Shown here: positions 23,878 through 36,200 of the stretch, one piece after another
How positions within the stretch are numbered: the first letter of the stretch is position 1
Layout of the letters: each line of letters starts with the position of its first letter
Assembly: GCF_963676685.1 (NCBI RefSeq)
Contig: NC_092350.1
Span: 3,038,001 to 3,102,000, forward strand
Length of the DNA stretch: 64,000 bases
From: Mytilus edulis
Taxonomy: Eukaryota
Direction of reading: 5' to 3'
Notes under the pieces: model-generated
What the model saw: only the letters and a program-made list of their open reading frames with translations
Told to the model about the DNA's origin: nothing
Databases searched by the model: none
Program-made: the position numbers and the translations under genes

Positions 23878-25993
23878 GGCAGTATCCTTCATCATAAATT
23901 AGTTCATCGATCCTACCTCCGTATTTCAAAGACCAGTCTGTTCCAATCATTTCTTATATCTATACCAAACCTATTGCAACTAAAATTTTCAATTGCAAAC
24001 ACGTTTTGCAGGATCTCAGTATTGACGACTACAAGTCTAAACCTCCTGATTGCACTTGAGCTAGTTCCCAATTCACATATAATCCGGCTGGCCACGTTAT
24101 TACCGATGACCTCAACATTGTTAATAACACTTCCCTACGAAATGTGTTATCGAAAGGTCCAAAATATCGAGGCCGAAATCCATCAATTGAAATACAACTT
24201 TAAAATTTTGATGAATTCAGTGAAGGATTATGCCAGGCAATGGGCTAAACGTGAGACACTCTTTCCGAATGGATTAAGGCAGTGAGGTCGTTGATACAAA
24301 TCAGAATTAAGAAACTGAATGGGTCTATCAATGCTCATACTACGTCAATCTTAAAAGACCATAATGTTGCAAAACACTTATTCTACCTTTATGACAAATA
24401 TGTTGTTGTCCCCCACAGATAAAGCCCCAAACAACATCGTTTTTGTGTATAAAACTCATTACACTAACTGCTTGATAAACGAATTAGGTATTCACTTGGA
24501 AACCCAACATATACCCTCACGACACTTACCAAAGAGGAAATCTTAAATAATCATAGGTCTGTTCTATGTTCCTTTGGAATTTCAGCCAAAGATGATGAAC
24601 TGGATCTTCCATCACCTTATTGGATACCTAAACTGCAAAAGTGTCCTTACAAACAACAGTATATTGCTAGGTCTTCCAAGTGCTCCACAAAACCTCTAGA
24701 TTATTGACATCTATTTTATCAGCAACAAAGACGGGCTTCAAAGTTTTTGTGAAACTGCCTATTCTAGAGGTGGCGTGAATCAGATGTGGATACTTAAAAA
24801 TTCCAAAGATCTTTCGAGTACATACAATCTAACTCTCTTTCATATTCTAATAGTATTAAAACATTTGATTTTTCTACACTTTATACAAGTATTCCACATT
24901 CCAAACTAAATAACAAATTGAAAGAGTTGGTATTGCTTTGTTTCATAAAAAAGAATGGCCAACGAAGATACAAGTATCTTGTCTTGGGAAGGGATATATC
25001 CTACTTTGTAAAGGACCACTCTGATTCAAACAAAAAATTCTCTGGAATTGACATCATCAAGATGCTTGATTTCTTGATTGACAACATATTCGTTACGTTC
25101 GGAGAACGTGTTTGTCAACAGACTTTCGGCATGCCAATGGGAACACATTGTGCCCCTCTTCTTGTCGACTTGTTTCTTTATTATTATGAGGCTGACTTCA
25201 TACAGGAACTTCTTAGGAAGAAAGATAAGAAGTTAGCAATATCCTTTAACTCTTCTTCCCGCTATATAGATGATGTTCTTTCACTACATAATTCAAAATT
25301 TGGTGACTATGTCGAACGCATCTATCCCATTGAACTAGAGATAAAGGATACTACAGATACAGTTAAGGGCCTCATATCTTGGCTTACATATGGAAAATGG
25401 ACAATGAGGGTCAATTGAAAACAAAACTTTACGAGAAAAGAGATGATTTCAGCTTTCCAATTGTGAACTTTCCATTTCTAAGTAGCAACAATCCAGCAGC
25501 ACCTGCATACGGCATATATATCTCCCAATTGATATGATATTCCCGTACTTGTATTTCCGATCATCCTTTTCTTGATAGAGGGTTTTTGCTCACAAGGAAG
25601 CTATTAAATCAAGCGTTCCAAATGGTGAAATTTAAGCCATCTCCTCGTACATTTTACGGACGCATCATGTGTTGGTTGACCGTTATGAAATAACTACAAT
25701 CCCCTTCCCATTCATAAATATGACCTACCGAATAAGACTATTTTCCGGATTTGTTATCTCATAAGCAACACGACGGGTACCACATGTGGAGCAGGATCTG
25801 CTTACCCTTCAAGAGCACCTGAGACCATGCTTAGTTTTAGGTGGGGTTCGTATTGTTTATTCTTTAGTTTTCTATGTTGTGTCATGTGAACTATTGTTTG
25901 TCTGTTTGTCCTTTTAATTTTTAGCCATGGCGTTGTCAGTCTATTATCGAATTATGAGTTTGACTGTCCCTCTGGTATCTTTCGTCCCTCTTT
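23878..25993 (+). mobile_element. Decayed 5'-truncated Naiad-type Penelope-like retroelement with 3' tail
   Basis: PLE RT motifs: DKAPNN, YWIPKL, FDFSTLYTSIPH, GMPMGTHCAP, RYIDD, KRDDFSFPIVNFPFL. No GIY-YIG after the RT. Inserted inside an older family B repeat (GGGTCCAG | TGAAGCCCGC). Confidence 0.88.
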
Positions 25994-27985
25994 TGAAGCC
26001 CGCTTCCAGTATTTGCTCAGTGTATTGGAAACCCATTGATGATCCTTGGCTCTGTTTTCTGCTCTTTGGTCGTGATAATATCTCTTCGAGACATTCCCTG
26101 TTTTTATTCTCAATTTACGTTACCCTATTGTCTTTTTGTTACTACTCTTTGTAGGGTATTTTTTTTGTCATTTGTACGATATGTTCAATGATATGATGTG
26201 ATCGTTTAGTTCAATATATTTTTGTCCTCATATTGTGGAACAGTTCACTTGAGCTCAACCAGTTTGTGTTTGCTTCTCCTCTTTTGACGTATCTCGTAAG
26301 AGACGGTCGTACGTTTCTTTCTTTTAATGCGAGAACACATTTTCATAATTCCTATTATACACTTTAATTTTCTACCCTAGATATACATCGCCGTGGTCAG
26401 ATATTGCACACCATCTTAAAATAATACTTTGAACACCAAATCAATAATTGCGATGCTTTCAAACTGATTTTTTTTTCAGTTTCACACATGAGTCTGCTGT
26501 CTACTACACACGTGTCAAGTGTGATTAATTTTTAGAAGCCTATTATTTAGGAACCAATGTGAATTTCGTTATTCAATCTTTTAACAATGTGGAAACTTGA
26601 GCACGCTGAGTATTAACAACAATGATTCAGAAAGTAAAAATAGAATTACAACATAAACAGAAAAAAAAAACAGCAAAAAAAAAAATACCAACGAATAAAT
26701 TATGTCAAAATAAATAAAAATGTACTTAATTTACATAAAATTGTAATAAAATTGATTGTAACAAATAGGGAAATATACTTTGCCGGAAGCTTTTTTATTA
26801 TTTCAGAATGTTTTGATTGACGTGTACTTTTTATAGACATTATTATAAATAAATATGTAAAAAGAAATAATATTTTAATGCTTATGATACAAACAAAAAC
26901 ATGGTGCGTGCAATTAAAATATATCTCACAAAGAATGCAAATATGGTGTTACAGCTCGTAAGGACTATTGGAGGACTGCTTTGCTAAAACATTCGCATTT
27001 GAAATAACATAAATGGTTCAAATTATACTGTACATATATGCGCATTTACAATCAATTTCTCTTCAATGATGCGCGAGGCCAAACTGTTTCCAGAGTTATC
27101 ACTTATGATAAGCATTTGTCTAGGAGCCAGTGCGTGTTGTACTCGGTATATTATGATGTCGCAAATAATTTTTATAGTCCTTTCTTGATTTGTAATGTTA
27201 CACAACTGTCGCAGGCTTAGGGGGGATCCAGCTCATATGTTTAACCCCGCCACATTCTGTATGTATTTGACTGTCCCAAGTCAGGATCATGTAAGTCAGT
27301 GGTTGTCGTTTGTTGATGTATTAAATAATTTTTTTCGTGAAGTTTTTGGACATAAAAGATAAAGATTTCTTGTTTGAATTATTTTGCATTTGTCATTTTA
27401 TAGATAATTATGCGTAATGGGCTTTGCTCAATGTTGAAGGCCTTGTGGTTACCTATAGTTGTTAATTTCTGAGTCATTTGGTCTCTTGTCGAGAGTTGTC
27501 TCATTGGCAATTATACCACATCATTTTTTTTTACATCAAAGTAAATATTGTCCGTCAACAGTATTAACCATGAAAAAATGTTCGGCGGACACTACATAAA
27601 CAATCTTTAAAGAAAGCATGTGGATGTATATGTGTGTGTCGTTGGCTTAATGTCTATTGCGTTTAAACCTAATTTAATAGTCATAAGAAAATAAATGTAC
27701 CATGTACTCAAATTGAAGACTTTAAACATCTAGGCAATCTTGGCACTTTAAAACTTGTTATGCGGTGTTTTGTTCATTGTTGAAGGCTGTAGGATGACCT
27801 ATAATTATCATCTTTTCGTCATTTAGTCTATGGTGGAAAACTCTTTATTTGCTATATTATCCAATCTGATTGATTTTATAACAAAACCCAATAAGTAAGA
27901 AACAGATCTTTATATAAAAATGGTACAACAAAATACTCTGGATTTCTAAATGTTTTTACAAAATACTCAAATCGTCACCACGTGA

Positions 27986-28725
27986 TCATAACCACCCACT
28001 TCCAACTTGTCTGTTTCTCCTGTCATTTAAGTTTCTATCTAATCTGTTTCTTCTATCAAAATTTGTATCCTGTCTGTTTCTAAATCTACCACCTAAATTC
28101 GTGTTTTGTCTTTCGTTAAAGAAATCACTACCTAAACTGTCAACGAATTCTCCGCCTATTCTGTTGTTTAAATTTTGGTTTCTACCTCCACCTAAACTAT
28201 CAACGAATTGATCGCCTATTCTGCTGTTTAAATTTTGGTTTCTACCTCCACCTAAACTATCAACGAATTGTCCGCCTATTCTGCTGTTTAAATTTTGGTT
28301 TCTACCTCCACCTAAACTATCAACGAATTGTCCGCCTATTCTGCTGTTTAGATTTTGGTTTCTACCTCCACCTAAACTATCAACGAATTCTCCGCCTATT
28401 CTGCTGTTTATATTTCGGTTTCTGCCCCCATTTTGCCATTGGGAACCGCCCTGCAATCTATCTAAATTATCTCCCCTGCCTCTGTTGCATATATCAACAT
28501 CACACCCTCTACACCTCACGCCATGTTCGAATCCAAATGTTTCTTGTATACACTCTGGTGGTATTATCTGAAGAGTACATCCTACATCACAGTTAGGTAG
28601 TCTCTGACTTGGTAACACGACAGGTTCTTTAGGTATATGTACTTGATCTGTCGGGAATCCAATGGGATCCTTTGCCTTGACCACGTGAGCCCTTTTTGTC
28701 TTTTTTTGATAGCCATATGTCCGAC
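27986..28725 (-). CDS. Cluster gene 4, exon 2: 6-Cys module, RGD and 5 copies of the 20-aa repeat (264 aa spliced)
   Basis: Acceptor tttcAG at 28726-28727. Junction reads GRTYGYQKKTKRAH into ORF 27986-28684. Confidence 0.9.
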
Positions 28726-29632
28726 CTGAAATGATAAATTGAGAAAAGAATGTAAATCAAATTAAATTTACATTTACATGTAGTATTACAATTCTTATCT
28801 TTAAATGATAAAGCTAGGAACAACGACGACGTCGCGAAGCTTTCTTACGTAAGCCTGTACATTTGACGCTTGGTCTGCGGTAATCTCATCGTATCGGAGA
28901 GAGGAATAATGACCCAAGAAAATGGTTTCAAAAGATGATTAATTTTGAAAAACTCAATATATGTAACATAATTGTTTATTTCAGCATATATGTCATTAAG
29001 ATTTCCAAGTATATTATTTGGTGTTAAACATGTTGAAACAATTGGTATAGTGTTTAAACACAATCAATCGTTTTGTTTTGTCCTCGCAATAAAACATTGC
29101 GTTATTGATCGGACTTTATAAGAGAATACATAAATGTAAGAAATGGAAGTAAATGAAAAATATTTATAAATTTTGAATTCATAAAATTGAGTTTGCACAT
29201 TCAATAATTAAATCAATTCATAGATCACACTTTAAATTGAACTGGGGAAAAATATCCATGGTTGTATTCACAATTTTTAAATCGAATACAATGTAAATAC
29301 AATTGTGGTGCGCTCGTAGAACGAAACATTTCATTTTAATATTTCCGTATAAAAGCGTATAATGCATAATCAAAATATAGATTTTATTATTTGACTGTTT
29401 TTGGTTTTGTCTAATCAATGCAGTTTGTCCAATTGTTCTTTTGTTCCATTTTTTATTTTTTAGTTACTCATCACATTTATCTGAAACTACTATTTATAGT
29501 AGTCCCAGTATGTATTAAGAATTATACAAAACATATATTGAACATTTCAAAATCTATTATGTTTTTTTTTCTTCAAACTATATGAATAAACATTTAAACC
29601 TGTATTTATTATCATAATGAAGAAAATCATAC

Positions 29633-29687
29633 CTTGGACTGAATACAGAGAAACCAAAATAAGCACAAAACAAAGAAGAGACTGCAT
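29633..29687 (-). CDS. Cluster gene 4, exon 1: signal peptide MQSLLCFVLILVSLYSVQ(G)
   Basis: ATG at 29687, 55 nt, donor G|GTATGA. Confidence 0.9.
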
Positions 29688-29730
29688 GTTTACTGTTTTA
29701 AAGTGATGTACAGTCTGCTAATTTTTCTTT

Positions 29731-29945
29731 CTTTTATACCTTACAAAATGTCCTTATTCAAACTTATTCTATGTTGATTGGATTATTTCAGATGAAAATA
29801 AGGTGCGACGTCACCAAATTTGAGTGATGGTGACACTTGTATAGTCTTTGTGACATCTTTATTACTATTTTATGGACATCGGTGTGCTAATGAGGTATCA
29901 ATGATGTGTGTAGAATGACGTATCATAATATATACAGTAACATAC
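29731..29945 (-). promoter_or_regulatory. Gene 4 promoter
   Basis: TATAAAAG at 29731-29738(-). ATTGG at ~29777. ACGTCA at 29808-29813. TTTATGG at ~29869. Confidence 0.7.
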
Positions 29946-30511
29946 ACAAATTTCCCAAAATTAACTTGTGTAACATTACTCGTTAAAAGTAGGTTTATTG
30001 TATAATAAATACAGTTGGTAGATTATCGCCCCTGTAATGGATGCGCCCATGATATTTTTATAAGAGTTAGTTTTCGAGGCATTTATACTGTTGAGAGGGG
30101 CAGAGACACATATGTATGTGTTAGATATGTTTATGTGCAGTTAATGCAGTGCGTGTAAAAACAATACAGTACAAAAAACGATATAATTTACGATTTTCAA
30201 TGATATTCCCAATCGCTATGATGCCAATGTTACATGTACACTATCGTGACTATTGAAAGTGTTTTTGTAATTTACGCTTGACTTTTTTGACTACTTGATA
30301 TGAATTATAGAATTCACATAACTTTGAGAAACGAACCATATATATCTAGACTAAACTCCGGTGTCGTACATAGATGAACAATACTGTATACATGTAGTAG
30401 CAACTGTTTACATGTAGTTTCAAGTGTGTGAAAATATTTGAAAGTAAGCAACCTAATATAGCATCTTTTCATACAATTTAAAGAATATCCAAACTACATA
30501 TTAATATTAAT

Positions 30512-31276
30512 ATGGCATCAGCTGACTTTAAAGAGCTCAAAAGCCTCATAATGGGAGTTGATAAAAAAGTAAGTGACTTTTCACAGCAACTTAAAAAAGT
30601 TGAACATAATTTAACAGGCATGATCAATGAAGTGAAAACTGACGTTAATGTACTGAAAACAAAATACGATGAATCTCAGGTAGAAATAACCACTTTGAGA
30701 CGAGACTTCACAGAGTTGGAACAGGGTGTTGCAGGTATGGATCTGCAAATACAAGCAATTGAAGGTGAAAAATTACAAAAACAAAAATATGAGCTTCAAA
30801 CCCAGATGAATGAGTTAAAGGATCAGGTTACATTGCTTGAAAAGCACGAAAGAAAATATAATGTTATGATTTATGGTATTGATGACAGTAATGCAGACGA
30901 GAATATCTATTCTGTTACTCGTCAGTTGTTTAGCGAAAATTTAAAAATTGAACAGAGAAAAGCAAATGCCATTCCAATTGCTAATGCTCACCGCGTACCA
31001 ACAAGGGGTAGTGGACCCAAACCAATTATTGTTCGATTAATCCACTATGGAGATAAACAACTCATTATGTCCAGTGCCCACAATTTAAAAGGTAGTCAAA
31101 TTCGTATTCTAGATGATCTACCCGTATCCATGAAAGAGGAAAGATTCCTTCTGTCTCACGTAGCCTACAAAATACGCAAAAAAGAAAAATTGCAAACACG
31201 TATTCGAGATGTCGGGGCACATATGACACTTGAAACCCGTAAAAATAGAGGGGAACCATGGAGCACAAGAGAATGA
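30512..31276 (+). CDS. LINE ORF1p (coiled coil plus L1-type RRM/CTD)
   Basis: Heptad-rich N-terminal half, then ERKYNVMIYGI...AHRV...PKPIIVRL...IRILDDLP. Confidence 0.85.
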   Translation: MASADFKELKSLIMGVDKKVSDFSQQLKKVEHNLTGMINEVKTDVNVLKTKYDESQVEITTLRRDFTELEQGVAGMDLQIQAIEGEKLQKQKYELQTQMNELKDQVTLLEKHERKYNVMIYGIDDSNADENIYSVTRQLFSENLKIEQRKANAIPIANAHRVPTRGSGPKPIIVRLIHYGDKQLIMSSAHNLKGSQIRILDDLPVSMKEERFLLSHVAYKIRKKEKLQTRIRDVGAHMTLETRKNRGEPWSTRE

Positions 31277-33219
31277 TCAGCGATACAAAACAATATATAC
31301 CTTTTTCTAATAATTTACATGTCTTTATACAAAATTTTACTTGTAAAACAATAAGCCATTGCCATAGTTATTTGTTTAAATACATACATGTACATGTATA
31401 ACCTTTTTCTTCATCATATTTTCACAGATACCATTAATAAATTGATACCAAATTGTAAGTATAGAACAGGGAATTTCATTCCAGCTTTATAATCTATTTA
31501 TGCAAATACTTAATTTTTGGTTTGTGTTTTTTTTTATTTTTTTATTTTTTTTTTATTTGTTATTTGCTTTTTGTTACTTTAGTTTTGCTTGTTCTCTATG
31601 CTTTCTTGCATGATTATCTGCAATATATTGGCAGACACATATCAATGTAAATGCTAATTCTGATTTATATATATACATATACTCATTTTCCAATTTGCTG
31701 AGTTAAAATTTTTGCCTTTATTATTCATTTATATGTTTATTCTCTGCTGCTTATACATGCATAGTTTTTGCTATTGCTAGTTATTTACTTTTATTCTGAA
31801 CTGCTATAATGTGCTTAATGCTGTGGTTGCTATATGCTTTACTTTATTTTATCAAATACAGACTGACACAAATGAGTTGAAGTTAGAATATGTAAAGGAC
31901 AGACCACTTTTAAAGTGATGTTTATATTTCAAATTTAAGAATGAGACGCTTGTTTAAAATTATCTTTCCTTGGTTGTGTTTATGGTACATGTACATTATA
32001 ATGAAATGACATTACTGTAGTAAGTTTTACACAATCTTTGCTGAAACTTACTCATTAATAAGATATGCATACACACACTCAGAATGTGCAGTCTATGTTT
32101 GACTGTTAGATAGTTTTGTTAGTTTTCAAGATATATTGATCATGCGTTAATTTGATTTACACTGTGATACAGAAGTTTTGCTACATATATATAGTGACAC
32201 TACATTTGAAGTCAGTCAGAGTTTTTAATTTTTTGAAATCATCTCTCAACTACGCACTGTTCTTTTAAGCAAGAAATATTAATATTTAGATAAATCTTAT
32301 ATATTTACAACTGCACCTCATAATATCATAAAGAATATTGATCTTTAATGGTACAAATGTATCAGAGATATATTGAGTATAAAACATCTCTGCCTTCTTA
32401 AATAGACATAGGATTATATAAATCTGTGTATTTGACTTTGGAGTTTTAATACATAAATACAAAGGACAAACATAGAAATTCCAATATCTACATGTAGTCA
32501 ATTGAACAACTCTGACAGTCTTGAAATATTGTACATAATAAGCTTATTTAGAATGCATCTAATAGTTCATTTAACTAAAACTGTTTTTCAAAATGAATGA
32601 ACGCGTTATAAAGACAACATCTTATGATAAAAATATTGACAAATCTGACTGGATCAGATTTGAAGGCAGAACAATGGACATTTGTATACTTGTGCTTCTT
32701 GTGTGATCTTTTCTTTTTTGCCATAACCACATATAATGGAAAAGTATCTGTGTGTGTTCGAAAGAATGACAGTAAGAAAATTAAATGTTATATGAAATTA
32801 TAGGAATGAAATAATCTTTCAAAATATGTACATAACATGAACTATACAGATATTCACTGTTGGGTGCTCAAATTAAATTTCCATCTGAATCCAATGTATT
32901 TATTGAAATTTCTTCTGAGTTATCTCCCATAGACCATTTAGAGTGACTATCCTATACAACAACAGTGAATGTCTCAGAGTGCAAATTTAGTATTTGATTT
33001 TAATGTTGGACTTTGTCTTGCTATTGTATTTTATGTTTTCTTATATATGTATTTATTGTAAATTACAAATATGTCTTAAGGTTTCACAGATCTGGAAAAA
33101 CTATACAGTTTTAAAGGAAAAGAACTTTAAAAGTCCCTTGATTTCACAAATTTCATGGTATATTTATGTATACTCACTAATCATTAGAGTTATAAATATT
33201 GATAAAGCTAAACGCATGC

Positions 33220-36200
33220 ATGAAGGGTGATATTCTTAAAATAATTTCTTATAATTGTCAAGGTCTGTATACAAAGGAGAAACGGAGAGATGTTTTGAAC
33301 TATTTAAAGTCGAAGAATTTTAATGTATATTGTCTTCAGGACACACATTTAACAGAACAAGATGAATTAAATATTAAAAATCAGTGGAAGGGAGAATGCC
33401 TTTTCAATTCATTTACATCCAATCAGAGAGGGGTGGCCATCTTTTTTAATGAAAACTTTGATCTTCAAATTCACAAAGTTAAAAAAGATGAGGGTGGAAA
33501 TCTTCTTGGATTGGACATTACAATTGAAGAACAAAGAATTACTTTAGTAAATATTTATGGGCCAAATGTAGACACTCCTTGCTTTTATCAAAAGGTGGCT
33601 GACATTATTGAGGAATTTGATAACCAATCTTGTATTCTTTGTGGAGATTTTAACCTCATTCAAAGTTTTAATCTTGATACCCATAATTATGTTAATATCA
33701 ACAACCCAAAGTCTAGAGAAAAAGTATTACAGCTAATGGAAGACTTTAATCTAGTTGATCCATTTAGAGAATTATACCCCAATCTGAAAAGATTTACTTG
33801 GAGGAAAAAAAAACCCTTTAAACAATCTCGTTTAGATTTTTTTCTGATTTCTGATAATATTTTTCACTTTGTTAATGATGTTAAAATTAATAATAGTTAC
33901 AGGTCTGATCATTCACCTGTGGTCTTTTCTTTCAAGATTAATGAATTTATAAAAGGCAGAGGCCTTTGGAAGTTTAATAATTCTCTTCTTCATGATACTG
34001 ACTATGTTAAAGAGATAAAAAACCTCATAAATATAGTAAAAGAACAATATGCTGTCAAGATATATAGAGATGAAATTTTACAAAATATTGACAACTCTGA
34101 AATTGAATTTACTGTTGATGACCAGTTATTTTTAGAAACTCTACTCACAGAAATACGTGGCAAAACTATTTCATATGCCTCTTATAAAAAAAAGGCGGGT
34201 ATAAAAATTGAAAATGAAATTATTTCAAAATTAAAACAATTAGAAGAAAATGCTCTAACAGTAGAAAATCTGGAAGAGATTGATCAGAAAAAAGCAGAAC
34301 TTAAAATGTATAGACAAAAGAAGGTTCAGGGACAATATGTTAGGTCAAGAAGTCAGTGGATTGAAGAAGGAGAAAAACCTACTAATTTTTTTTTAAATCT
34401 AGAGACTAGAAATTATATTAATAAGACTATTCAAAAACTTACTTTAGAAAATGGTGTTATAGTGGAGGAACAAAAAGAAATCTTAAATCAGACAAAGGTG
34501 TTTTATGAAAAACTTTATAGAAAACAAGATTGTTTAAAAAAGGTTGATTTAACACGGGAATGTTGTTATGACGAGATACCAAAGCTTAGCGAGGATGAAA
34601 AGCAATTATTGGAGGGAAATATTAATTTTTCTGAATTAACTGCAGCATTAAAGAGGATGAAAAATAACAAAAGTCCTGGATCTGATGGTTACACTGCAGA
34701 ATTTTTTAAAATTTTTTGGATTGATATTGGTAAATTTGTCCTTAGATCTATAAATTTTGGGTATGGGAAGGGCCAAATGTCTGTCACCCAGAGGCAGGGA
34801 GTGATTACATGTATTCCAAAAGATGGTAAACCAAAACAATTTCTTAAAAATTGGAGACCTATTACTTTACTTAATTCTACATATAAATTGGCATCAAGCT
34901 GTATAGCAGAGAGAATAAAATCTGTTTTGTCAAAATTAATAAGCTCGGATCAAACTGGTTTTGTTCCAGGTAGATATATAGGCGAAAATTGTCGATTGAT
35001 ATATGATATTCTACATTTTACTGAAGAAAATAATATTCCTGCTGATTGATTTTGAGAAGGCATTTGATTCCATATCTTGGTCATTTCTTTATGATACATT
35101 AAGATATTTTAATTTTGGTGAATCTGTTATATCCTGGGTTAAAACCTTCTATAACAATATAACAGCTGCGGTGACACAAAACTGCTGTCTGTCAGAATTC
35201 TTCACTATAGAGAGAGGCTGTAGACAGGGAGATCCTTTATCCCCTTATATTTTCTTGCTATGTGCAGAAATATTAGGCATTTTGGTAAGAAATAGTAGGG
35301 AGATAAAGGGTATTACTATAGATGATACAGAGTTTGTACTTTCTCAATATGCAGATGATACATCCTTGATATTAGATGGCTCGCCAGAATCGCTCGATGC
35401 ATCTCTTCGTGTTCTCCAATTGTATGCTGAAATCTCGGGACTTAAGATAAATATAGAAAAAACAAGTGTTATTTGGATAGGTAGCAAAAAACATAGTCAG
35501 GATCAAATTTGTGTAAAGTGGGGATTGAAATGGGGCTCCAGTACATTTAAACTACTTGGAATTACTTTTTCAGTCGACCTAGATAGAATGATTAATTTAA
35601 ATTATAGGCCAGTTTTAGATAATATAGACAACACTTTGAAAAAATGGTCAAAACAGTATCTCACCCCCTTTGGAAAGATTACCATTTTAAAAACTTTGGT
35701 CATAGCTAAATTAAATCATCTGTTTCTATCTATCCCTAGTCCAGATGAGAATATGTTACTTAATTTAACAAATAAAATGTATGCTTTTATCTGGGATAAT
35801 AAACCAGATAAGGTCAAGCGAGATCTTTTATGTCAAGATTATTATAAGGGTGGTTTAAAAATGCTAAATTTAAAAGCATTTATACAGGGACTAAAACTTA
35901 CATGGGTGAGACGTTTGTATAATTCGAATTCAAAGTGGGTGAGATTAGTCTCTATTGTGGAGCAAATAAATTTTATTGAAATAAGTTATATTGGGCCTAT
36001 TAAAAGGTCATCAAATAAATTTTGGCAAGAAGTTTTTGATGCTTGGAAAACCCTTAATCAAATTAGAAAACCAAGATGTATTGATGAAATTCTATCTTAT
36101 TCTTTATGGGAGGTAGAAAACTTTAAAATTGGTGGTTCAAGAGTCTACTATAAAAACTGGGCAAATGCGGGAATTTGGACAGTGCAAGATTTGTTAGATG

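Larger units (their letters stand above)
22230..28800. repeat. Segmental duplication unit X'
   Basis: Collinear with 13380-19990, with internal indels. Confidence 0.85.

Noticed and set aside
25530-25545. In-frame TGA in the Naiad RT as selenocysteine
   Set aside because: It aligns with Arg of SQLIRYSR (CGA>TGA CpG decay) in a copy with many other lesions.
25773-25850. HDV-like ribozyme in the retroelement tails
   Set aside because: The pairings are nested. The P2/P1.1 double pseudoknot and J4/2 cannot be built.
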